Under the pieces are notes generated by a model. That model worked only from the letters and a program-made list of their open reading frames with translations, had not been told where the DNA came from and ran no database searches. A stretch of 64,000 nt of DNA, taken from contig DAIENX010000008.1 in the NCBI GenBank assembly GCA_027340875.1, forward strand, positions 44,284-108,283. Reading direction: 5' to 3'. Numbering within the stretch: the stretch's first letter is position 1; each line of letters starts with the position of its first letter. Position numbers and translations under genes: made by a program. Shown here piece by piece: positions 56,220 through 64,000 of this stretch. The stretch comes from Elusimicrobiota bacterium. Lineage in GTDB: Bacteria; Elusimicrobiota; Elusimicrobia; Elusimicrobiales; UBA9959.

Positions 56220-58049
56220 ATGACGACGCGTTTCCCGTATACCCTGCTCCTGCTGCTGCTGGCCGCGCCGGTCAGGGCTGGCCGCATAAGTTTCGTCTAT
56301 CCGCCGGAGGGGCTTTCCATCCCGGCGGTGCAGCGCACCTTCATTTTCGGAAACATCTCCCCGTCCACCGCGGCCCTCACGATAAACGGGGAAAAGGTCC
56401 AGGTACACTCCAACGGCGGCTTCATAGCCTATCTGCCTGTCTCCGGCGGGGATTTCGTCTTCAGAGGCGCGCTGGACGACGGCACTACCGCCCAGCGCTC
56501 AATAAAGGTGGCCCTGGACGATCCCGCCCCTTCCACCGGCACGCTGCGGCTGGACTTCACTTCTAACCGCGCCGATATAGACCTGCTGCCAGGCGACTAC
56601 CTCCGGGTTTCCGCGGCCGGCACGCCGGGCAAGGAGGCCGTCTTCTCCGCGGAAGGACTGGTCAAGGACAGCCCCATGCAGGAGGTCCCCGCCGGCTCCG
56701 GCAGGTACTACGGCTCCTACCGTGTGGACAGGTCAGAGAGCCTCGGCGGCGTCCTCAGCGCCCGCTTCAAGGCGGGCCTCTTCGGCCGCAGCGCCGCCGC
56801 CCGCGCCAAGGGCAAGGTGAGCATACTCCCGGCCCCGACGCTGGTAGAGACGTCTACGGACGCCGTGGTCCTCAAGAACGCCCCCGACGGCGGCTACATG
56901 ATGTTCCTGCCGGCCGGCGTCAAGCTGGTCTCCAACGGCCGGTACAACGGCTACAGGCGGGTGTTCCTGGCCCAGGACCTGGAGGGATGGGTGCAGGATT
57001 CCAAGGTGCATCCGGTGCAGGGGCCGCCGTACCCGTTCGGTTACGGCAGCGAGACAGGGGTGATAAAGCTTAAAAAGACCGACTTCGGCTCTTCGGCTGC
57101 CATCACGATGTACGACAAGTTGCCGTATTCGGCCGAAGCCATGCCGTGGGGCCTGCGCGTCACCCTTTACTACGCCAACCTGCACAGCAACTGGGTGATC
57201 TATGATACCGAGGATAAGCTGGTCAGGAACGTCTCTTTCCGCCAGGCCGGCACCGGCAAGGTGGAGATAGATTTCGAGACCGCTCCCGGCGAGCTGTGGG
57301 GCTACGAGGTCTCCTACCCGAACGGCTCCAGCATGCAGGTGGACCTGCGCGCCAGGCCGCGCCTCTCGCTCAGCTGGCCAAAGCCGCTTTCCGGGCTCGC
57401 CGTGGTGCTGGATCCCGGGCATTCGGTGTATTACAAGTGCCCGGGAGACAAGCGCTTGCCTATGAAGGACGTCCCCTACTCCGCGATGCCCGCCGGCTGC
57501 GGGTTGGACGGGGCCGTCGGCCCGATGGAGACCTTCGAGGTCAACGTGAACCTGGCCATAGCCCAGAAGCTCAAGTCGGACCTGGAGGGACTGGGCGCCG
57601 TGGTCAAGATGACGCGCTGCGGCGACGAGAACGTGGAGCTGGCCGACAGGCCCAAGCTGGCCAAGGACCTGGGCGGCGACATTTTCATCAGCATACACAA
57701 TAACGCCATAGGCGACGGCGAGGACCCGTTCGGCAAGCCGCGCGGCTTCTCCGTCTATCATTACCAGCGTCACAGCCTGCAGCTGGCTTCGGCCATACAC
57801 CGGGCTTTCGTCAAGGACATAGACCTGCCCGACGAGGGCGAGCGCTTCGGCGACTACTACGTCGCCCGCATGACGTGGATGCCGGCCGCGCTGATAGAGA
57901 ACGCCTATATGATAATACCGCGCCAGGAGGAGCTGCTTAACACCTCCGCGTTCCAGGAGAAGCTGGCCGGAGCGGTCACCGAGGGCCTGCTGGACCTTTT
58001 CGGGGCGCCGGAAAGGCCGGCCAACAAGGCCAGGAAGGGGAAAAAATGA
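56220..58049 (+). CDS. N-acetylmuramoyl-L-alanine amidase (Amidase_3)
   Basis: Signal peptide; VVLDPGH, EVNVNL, FISIHNN and PAALIE motifs. Confidence 0.9.
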   Translation: MTTRFPYTLLLLLLAAPVRAGRISFVYPPEGLSIPAVQRTFIFGNISPSTAALTINGEKVQVHSNGGFIAYLPVSGGDFVFRGALDDGTTAQRSIKVALDDPAPSTGTLRLDFTSNRADIDLLPGDYLRVSAAGTPGKEAVFSAEGLVKDSPMQEVPAGSGRYYGSYRVDRSESLGGVLSARFKAGLFGRSAAARAKGKVSILPAPTLVETSTDAVVLKNAPDGGYMMFLPAGVKLVSNGRYNGYRRVFLAQDLEGWVQDSKVHPVQGPPYPFGYGSETGVIKLKKTDFGSSAAITMYDKLPYSAEAMPWGLRVTLYYANLHSNWVIYDTEDKLVRNVSFRQAGTGKVEIDFETAPGELWGYEVSYPNGSSMQVDLRARPRLSLSWPKPLSGLAVVLDPGHSVYYKCPGDKRLPMKDVPYSAMPAGCGLDGAVGPMETFEVNVNLAIAQKLKSDLEGLGAVVKMTRCGDENVELADRPKLAKDLGGDIFISIHNNAIGDGEDPFGKPRGFSVYHYQRHSLQLASAIHRAFVKDIDLPDEGERFGDYYVARMTWMPAALIENAYMIIPRQEELLNTSAFQEKLAGAVTEGLLDLFGAPERPANKARKGKK

Positions 58050-58900
58050 GCGACATCTTAGAATTCATCTCCAAATTCTCCGAGGACCTGCCGGCGGAGG
58101 CCGGTAAGGGCGAGGAGGCCCTCTGGGAGTACCTGGCCCGCCGCGGTGCCGGCATAGTGAACTGCCACGCCGCCAGCTTCTTCGAGGCCGACGACGTGAA
58201 GAAGCGCCTGACCTTCAAGAAGAGCATCGGCCCGGTAGGCGGGGACCTGGTGGGGCTGAGCTTCGGCTATCAGGGCGTCGTGGGCTTCTGCGCCGAGTCT
58301 CGCAAGTCCATACTGGTCAACGACACCGAGAACAGTCCGCTCTTCACCAAGAAGGTCGACAAGGGTTCCGGTTTCCAGACCAAGACCGTCATAGCGGTGC
58401 CGGCTATCGCCAACGGCGAGCTGCTGGGGGTCATAGAGTTCATCAACTCCATACCGGGGCAGTTCTCGGAGGAGGACCTGAGGGCCGCGGAGGTCCTGAC
58501 CGAGCTTACCGCCCGGGACGTGTACATCAAGAGGCTCGAGGCCACGATAAAGCAGCTGAACCTGAAGGGCGAGAGCACTATCAACAACCTGTCCGGCGGT
58601 TTCATCGGCGCGGACCTGGACGGCAAGATCATCTTCTTCAACCCGAAGGCCTGCGAGATCTTCGAGGTGGGCCAGGAGTATGTCAACCGGCCGGTCATGG
58701 AGCTTTTCCAGCTCTGTCCCGACGTGGTGGGGGCCATAGGCGACGTCCTGAAGCGCAACAAGACCGTGCGCCGCCAGGAGTTCCGCTGCAAGGTGAACGG
58801 CAAGGAGAAGGTGATCGGCTACAGCTCCATCAACATCAAGGGCGTGGACGGCAAGGTGATAGGGGCGGGCATCATCTTCCAGGACATCACCAACCTGTAG
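58046..58900 (+). CDS. GAF + PAS domain protein without output domain
   Basis: GAF (GVVGFCAE...GFQTKTVIAVP...GVIEFIN) then PAS (DGKIIFFNPKA...FQDIT) and stop. Confidence 0.85.
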   Translation: MSDILEFISKFSEDLPAEAGKGEEALWEYLARRGAGIVNCHAASFFEADDVKKRLTFKKSIGPVGGDLVGLSFGYQGVVGFCAESRKSILVNDTENSPLFTKKVDKGSGFQTKTVIAVPAIANGELLGVIEFINSIPGQFSEEDLRAAEVLTELTARDVYIKRLEATIKQLNLKGESTINNLSGGFIGADLDGKIIFFNPKACEIFEVGQEYVNRPVMELFQLCPDVVGAIGDVLKRNKTVRRQEFRCKVNGKEKVIGYSSINIKGVDGKVIGAGIIFQDITNL

Positions 58901-58920
58901 CCCGGAGACTGACGGGATGA

Positions 58921-58952
58921 AATAAGCCGCGCCATGCGCGGCTTATTCTTTT
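58921..58952 (+). terminator. Intrinsic terminator
   Basis: AATAAGCCGCGC-CAT-GCGCGGCTTATT followed by CTTTT. Confidence 0.7.
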
Positions 58953-58998
58953 GTGGCGGACAAACAGGACTTTGGCCGGAGCGGAGATGTGTGCTTAG

Positions 58999-59142
58999 AC
59001 GCGCGGGTGACGGTGGTTTTGGCGCGGAAGGCCTTCGCGGAGGGAGGAGCTTGCGTAAGCGCGACGACCGAGTGAGGAGGCGCGCGCACGGTGCGCGCGA
59101 CGCCGTGCCTGATGCGTCAAACCGCCGGCAGGACCCGCGCGT
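58999..59142. repeat. Dispersed structured repeat, copy D (inverted orientation)
   Basis: Closing IR ACGCGCGGGT/ACCCGCGCGT; reverse-complement core GGCACGGCGTCGCGCGCACCGTGCGCGCGCCTCCTCACTCGGTCGTCGCGCTTACGCAAGCTCCTCCCTCCGCGAAGG. Confidence 0.85.
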
Positions 59143-59171
59143 GCGTGAGCTGTGGAAAGCTGAAAGCGGGC

Positions 59172-59801
59172 TTACTTCACGCCGTTCTTCGGGCAGACCT
59201 TGGAGAGTGGGCATTCGCCGCAGAGCGGCTTGCGGGCGTCGCAGACGGCGCGCCCGTGCAGCACCAGCGCGTGTGCGAACCAGATCCAGTCCTCCCGCGG
59301 CACGGCCTTCATCAGGTCCTGCTCTATCTTGCCCGGGTCCGTCTGCCGCGTAAGGCCGATGCGGAATGCCAGGCGCTTTACGTGCGTGTCCACCACCACG
59401 CCGGCGGCGATGCCGTAGGCCGAGCCCAGCACGACGTTGGCGGTCTTGCGGGCCACGCCCCGCAGCGTCAGCAGTTCGTCCATCGTCCTCGGCACCTTGC
59501 CGCCGAACTTCTCCATGATGACCTTCGAGGACTCCTTCAGCGAGAGCGCCTTGTTCCTGTAGAAGCCGGTGGAGCGTATCAGCGCCTCTATGTCCGGCAG
59601 CGGCGCCGCCGCCAGCTCCTTCGGGCCGGGATACTTGCGGAAGAGCGCCGGCGTCACCATGTTGACCCGCTCGTCGGTTCATTGGGCCGAGAGTATCGTG
59701 GCCATCAGCAGCTCGTAAGGGCTTTTATGGTCCAGCGAACAGCCCGCCTCCGGATAGGCCTTCCTGAGCATGCGTATCACGGCCGCGATGTCGGTTTTCA
59801 T
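59172..59801 (-). pseudogene. nth: Endonuclease III with in-frame TGA at codon 41 (nonsense allele, or recoded as Sec)
   Basis: MKTDIAAVIRMLRKAYP...ATILSAQ-TGA-TDERVNMVTPALF...GVARKTANVVL...VDTHV...CxxxxxxCxxCxxxxxC; TGA at 59681-59679. Confidence 0.85.
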
Positions 59802-59809
59802 GGCTTGCC

Positions 59810-61432
59810 TCAAAGTATGAAGTCGGTGGAGAGGAACTTCGACTTGCGGCCGCGCAGTATGCCGCGTATCAGCTTTCTGTTGGCGTCCGTCTCCTTGGCG
59901 GCCACCAGCGCGCGGATAGAGAACACTCGCAGCGCGTCGGACACGGACAGCGTGCCTTCCGCGGAGTCCTTCCGGCCGGTGAACGGGAACACGTCGGGAC
60001 CGCGCTGGCACTGGCTGTTGATGTTGACGCGGCTTACCTGGTTGACCAGCGTGTCCAGCAGCGGGGCTATCTTCTCCATGTCGCGCCCGAAGACGCTGAC
60101 CTGCTGCCCGAAGTTGGACTCGACCACGTACTTGAGCGGCTCCTTCACGTCGCTGAACGGCACCACCGGTATCACCGGGCCGAACTGCTCCTCGCGCCAG
60201 AGGCGCATCTTGGCGCTCACCGGGTAGACCACGGCCGGGTAGACCAGCCCGCCGGCGGCGGCGCCGCCGCCCTCGTTTATGACCCTGGCGTCGTGCTTCT
60301 TCGCGTCCGCTATGACCCCGGCGAGGTAGGGCGGCTTCTCCTCCTCTGGCAGCGGGGTGATCTTCACCTCGGGCTCCCACGGCATGCCCAGCTTTATCTC
60401 CTCGATGGCCGTCACCAGCTTCTCGAGGAACTCGCTCTGCACGGAGCGGTGGACGAAGAGTATCTTCAGCGCGGTGCAGCGCTGGCCGTTGAAGGAGAGC
60501 GCCCCGGTCAGGCATTCCTTTACGGCCAGGTCCACGTCCGCGTCGGGGAGCACGATGCCGGCGTTCTTGGCGTCCAGGCCCAGCACGCAGCGCAGCCGGT
60601 GCGGCGCCGGGTGCTGCTGGCGCAGGATGTCCGCCACTTTGCTGGAGCCTATGAAGGCCAGCACGTTCACTTTGCCGGTCTTCATGACCGGTCCTATCAG
60701 CTTCGAGCCCTCGCCGTAGATCGTGTTGACCACGCCCCTGGGGAAGGAGTCCCTGAAGGCCTCCAGCAGCGGGCGGTGCAGTAGCACGCCGTATTTCGGA
60801 GGCTTGAAGACCACGGTGTTGCCCATCAGTATGGCCGGGATCAGCGTGGTGAAGGTCTCGTTCAGCGGGTAGTTGTAGGGCCCCATGCAGAGCACTACTC
60901 CCAGCGGCGCGCGCTTTATCTGGGCGATGATGCCCTGCGTGACCGAGAGGCGCGAGGAATTGCGGTCCAGCTCCTTCATCGCCGCTATGGTGTCGGCGAT
61001 GTACTCCACGGTGCGGTCGAACTCCTTCTGCGAGTCCTCGTAGGACTTGCCTATCTCCCACATCAGCAGGTTGACCACCTCGGCGCGCTTCTCCTTCATG
61101 CGCCAGACGAACTCCTCCATGTGGGCGATGCGGGCCTCCACGCTGAGCGTAGGCCACAGGCCGCGGCCCTCGTCGTAAGCGGCGGCCGCGGCGTCGAGCG
61201 CCTCCAGCGCTTCCTTGGGCGTCATCAGCGGATAGGAGCCCAGCCGCACGCGCTCGGGGCCTTTCTTCCCGCGCAGGGCGACCGGGGAGAATACGTCACG
61301 CCTGGGACCCGGCCAGGCCTTGATGCGGCCGTTGATCAGGTAGTCCTTCTGCTCCACCGCCGCGGACCGGGCCTCGGCCGGTATCTCGCCGGCGGCGGGG
61401 AAAGCTGCCGCGAGCTTCTCTTCTATGGTCAT
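59810..61432 (-). CDS. gapN: NADP-dependent non-phosphorylating glyceraldehyde-3-phosphate dehydrogenase (ALDH family)
   Basis: GPYNYPLNE, FKPP, FIGSS, NGQRCTA, EEQFGP and FPFTGRKDS motifs. Confidence 0.85.
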   Translation of the reverse strand: MTIEEKLAAAFPAAGEIPAEARSAAVEQKDYLINGRIKAWPGPRRDVFSPVALRGKKGPERVRLGSYPLMTPKEALEALDAAAAAYDEGRGLWPTLSVEARIAHMEEFVWRMKEKRAEVVNLLMWEIGKSYEDSQKEFDRTVEYIADTIAAMKELDRNSSRLSVTQGIIAQIKRAPLGVVLCMGPYNYPLNETFTTLIPAILMGNTVVFKPPKYGVLLHRPLLEAFRDSFPRGVVNTIYGEGSKLIGPVMKTGKVNVLAFIGSSKVADILRQQHPAPHRLRCVLGLDAKNAGIVLPDADVDLAVKECLTGALSFNGQRCTALKILFVHRSVQSEFLEKLVTAIEEIKLGMPWEPEVKITPLPEEEKPPYLAGVIADAKKHDARVINEGGGAAAGGLVYPAVVYPVSAKMRLWREEQFGPVIPVVPFSDVKEPLKYVVESNFGQQVSVFGRDMEKIAPLLDTLVNQVSRVNINSQCQRGPDVFPFTGRKDSAEGTLSVSDALRVFSIRALVAAKETDANRKLIRGILRGRKSKFLSTDFIL

Positions 61433-61447
61433 GACGGCTCCTTATGT

Positions 61448-63313
61448 TCAGGGGATAACGCGGCGGAAGAACACCTTCTTGCCGCCGGCCACCATGCCGT
61501 TGGCGGCGGAGGAGAACGGTACCCCGAACTTGCGCTCGAAGGATACCTCCCTGACCGAATTGCTGTCGCCGGTGGCCTCCAGCAGCCGGCCGCGGCCGGT
61601 ATAGATCATCACGTGGTTGATGTCGGCGGGATCGGCGGCGTCGGCGGAGAAGATCAGGTCGCCGGGCAGCAGCGCGGCGGGGGAGATCCGGCGCGAGGCG
61701 AAATACTGGTCGCCGGCGTTGCGCGGCAGGTCCCTTCCCCACGCCCGGAAGGAGATAGAGACCAGCCCGGAGCAGTCCACCCCCCAGGCCGAGCGGCCGC
61801 CCCAGTAGTATCTGTCGCCCAGGAACAGCCGCGCCGTCCTAGGCACTTCGAGCCGCAGTCTTTCCGGCGGGAAGCCTCGGCCCAGCGGGTTCAGCAGGCC
61901 GCCGTCCAGGCGCCCTGCCGGCAGGGCGGGGGAACCGTTGCCGCAGGCGCGGACCTTCACGCCGAGCGAGAGCCGCGCTGCGCCGCAGCGCGCGGTCTTG
62001 GCCCTGACGACGGCGTTCGGGACCTGCGGCAGGCCGGGAGCCAGCGCCGCCAGCTCCACCCAGCCTTCGTAAGGCAGCAGCGTGCGCCCGTCGGCACGCA
62101 GGCTGTGCTGCTCAAGGGCCCGTATCCTGGCCCAGGGCCCTGATATCTCCAGCAGCTCCGCTTTCTCGTTGAACACGAGCTGGCTCTCTATCAGCTTCTT
62201 CCTGTCGGAGGCCGCGGATGGCGGCGCGGAGTAAAGTTCGGCGCAGCGGGCTTTCACCCGCATGAAAGGGGAAAGGTCCCTCGCTATGATGTAGGCCAGG
62301 CCGTACTTGTTGGCCAGCCAGGCGCGCTCGAACTGATGTCTCGGGTATATCCTCTCCACCGAGGAGACCGAGGGGGCCGCGGGGTCGTTGACTATCACGT
62401 CGCCGGAGGCGGTGAAGCCGGTCATCACGAGGAGGTGGCCGGCGGTCCGCTTTATCGGCGAGCCGCGCAGCTCGCCCGGCCCGAAAGTGACGCTGGCTAT
62501 CACCGGCACGCCGGCCTCAAGGAAGTCCCGCGCTTCCTCCAGCGAGTTCAGGCGCGTCAGCAGCGAATAGGCTCCGCGCGATCCCGCGTAGGCCGTGCTG
62601 AAGAACCAGTTGCCGAAGATGCCCGCCTTATAGTCCCGCGCGGCGAAAGCGGCGGCCAGCGGGGGCGTCTTCAGGCCCAGCCCGGCCAGGGCCATGGAAA
62701 CGGAGACGGGGCTGCAGATATCCCGTGAGTGCTCCGCTTTGAGCGCCATCTGGGAGAGCCTGGGCACCCTGACCCTGAGCGCCGGCCTCTTCGGCGCCGG
62801 TCGGTCCGGGCGGAAGGGAAGGGCGGAGTCGGTATAGCAGGCGGCGGCCAGGCGCAGCAGCGGGGCCTTCCTCCCGGCGGAGCGGATGGTCAGACGGTAG
62901 CGGAAAGCGGAGGCCTTGTCCTTCAGCTTGAGTATATCCGTGTCCATCCGGCCGAACGGATTCTCCACGGGGGCGGCGCTGGCCGACCTGCCCGGCTCGA
63001 AAGAGCCGAAGCTGAACCAGGGGCTCCAGCCGCGCCCGGTCTTTACGCGGGCTTCCGCGGAGAAGGAGCCTCCGGACTGAAAGACCACGGAGGCCGAGAG
63101 CAGCAGCTGGTCGAAGGGGAAGAAGGCCGGAAGTTCTGGAGAGGTAAGTACGGCCTCGCGCGCGGGGTCCTTCACTATGAAGGCGCCGCCGGGATAGGCC
63201 GCCGGCGCCAGGTTGGTGGCGGACGCGGTCTTGAAGTCCCCGGGAAGCATATGCAGCAGGGTCCAGGAGCGCTGAGGGCCGCAGGCGGGGCGCTTGAGGC
63301 GCTGTGTCTTCAT
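61448..63313 (-). CDS. Fusion of C39-like peptidase, SH3-like region and NlpC/P60 peptidase
   Basis: SQM...ICSPVSVSMAL, GHLLV and VNDP (C39-like); YYWGG...GVDCSGL, LPRNAGDQ and HVMIY (NlpC/P60). Confidence 0.85.
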   Translation of the reverse strand: MKTQRLKRPACGPQRSWTLLHMLPGDFKTASATNLAPAAYPGGAFIVKDPAREAVLTSPELPAFFPFDQLLLSASVVFQSGGSFSAEARVKTGRGWSPWFSFGSFEPGRSASAAPVENPFGRMDTDILKLKDKASAFRYRLTIRSAGRKAPLLRLAAACYTDSALPFRPDRPAPKRPALRVRVPRLSQMALKAEHSRDICSPVSVSMALAGLGLKTPPLAAAFAARDYKAGIFGNWFFSTAYAGSRGAYSLLTRLNSLEEARDFLEAGVPVIASVTFGPGELRGSPIKRTAGHLLVMTGFTASGDVIVNDPAAPSVSSVERIYPRHQFERAWLANKYGLAYIIARDLSPFMRVKARCAELYSAPPSAASDRKKLIESQLVFNEKAELLEISGPWARIRALEQHSLRADGRTLLPYEGWVELAALAPGLPQVPNAVVRAKTARCGAARLSLGVKVRACGNGSPALPAGRLDGGLLNPLGRGFPPERLRLEVPRTARLFLGDRYYWGGRSAWGVDCSGLVSISFRAWGRDLPRNAGDQYFASRRISPAALLPGDLIFSADAADPADINHVMIYTGRGRLLEATGDSNSVREVSFERKFGVPFSSAANGMVAGGKKVFFRRVIP

Positions 63314-63396
63314 CAATCCAATCCTATCAAAATTGAAAAGGGATTTCAGAATATATACCATAGTAGAGAACGCGGTTTTTGACCCAAGGAGAAACA

Positions 63397-63957
63397 ATGA
63401 GGAAACTCGCTTTATTCGCCCTTATGGCAGTGCCAGGCCTCGTCAGCGCGGCGGAGACCGAGATGACGCTCAAAGGCGTCAGCATGCCCGTAGCCATTCA
63501 GCAGGACGGCAGGAAGCTGGAGCTCAACGGCATGGGGGTCCGCACCAAGATAGTGTTCAAGGTCTACGTGGCCGGTCTGTACCTGGAGAAGACCTCCCGG
63601 GACGGCATGGCCGTAGCCTCCTCCGAGCAGCTCAAGCGCATAGAGCTGGTCTTCCTGCGCTCGGTGGACGGCAAGACCGTGGCCGAGGCCATAGCCGAGG
63701 GCTTCTCCAACAACGCCGGCGAAACGCTGCCCGCGCTGAACGACCGTATCGCCAAGATGGAGAAAATGATACCCGACGTGAAGAAAGGCGACAGGCTGGT
63801 GTTCGTTTACCGGCCCGGGACCGGGATAGAGATCACGGCCAACGGCAAGCCGGCCGGCTCCATAGAGGGCAAGGATTTCGCCGACGTGCTGTTCAAGGTC
63901 TGGGTGGGTGATAAGCCCGCCGATAAGTCCCTGAAGAACGGTCTGCTGGGTCTTTAA
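63397..63957 (+). CDS. Chalcone isomerase-like family exported protein
   Basis: Signal peptide; LNGMGVRTKIVFKVYVAGLYL and WVGDKPAD motifs. Confidence 0.88.
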   Translation: MRKLALFALMAVPGLVSAAETEMTLKGVSMPVAIQQDGRKLELNGMGVRTKIVFKVYVAGLYLEKTSRDGMAVASSEQLKRIELVFLRSVDGKTVAEAIAEGFSNNAGETLPALNDRIAKMEKMIPDVKKGDRLVFVYRPGTGIEITANGKPAGSIEGKDFADVLFKVWVGDKPADKSLKNGLLGL

Positions 63958-64000
63958 TGGGCCTGCTTCTTCATTCCGGGCGCGCCGCGCTGGCGCGCCT

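Noticed and set aside
18989..59142. Repeat family as a CRISPR array or purine-sensing riboswitch
   Set aside because: Copies are dispersed with no repeat-spacer periodicity and no cas genes; orientation is inconsistent with transcription and one copy lies between convergent genes.
18972..59353. Small ORFs over the repeat copies (18972-19220, 25433-25636, 41479-42375, 58934-59353)
   Set aside because: Low-complexity Arg/Ala/Pro translations of the structured repeat; no conserved start or frame among copies.
59679..59681. Genome-wide TGA reassignment (code 4/25)
   Set aside because: TGA terminates many genes at expected ends (purC, purF, purD, purM, rubredoxin, gcvH).

Overview
High-GC bacterial chromosome window of mostly core metabolic genes. 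The organism is diderm (TolC, AsmA-like and LysM-barrel proteins) and probably anaerobic or microaerophilic; gene style is suggestive of Elusimicrobiota, which is inference only. In order: (1) the start of a xanthine/CO-dehydrogenase-family operon; (2) a TolC-MacAB-type exporter; (3) a nitrosative/oxidative stress cluster (qNor, Rrf2, TIGR02757, rubrerythrin, Tpx, superoxide reductase, rubredoxin); (4) a near-complete de novo purine cluster (purE-C-S-L-Q-F-D-M, fused purN-purH, purB, short-type purA) followed by tRNA-Phe; (5) a glycine cleavage system with lipoate ligase and lpdA; (6) envelope and signalling genes, nth, a GapN-like dehydrogenase and a dual-peptidase fusion. I found no CRISPR array, integrase or transposase. 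Three observations stand out. First, a four-copy dispersed intergenic element has a conserved core with compensatory changes, each copy enclosed in a different long stem. Second, nth carries an in-frame TGA exactly at the Cys codon of the SAQCTD motif. Third, at least 7 genes share a leaderless-type start (-10 box, 6-7 nt, ATG).
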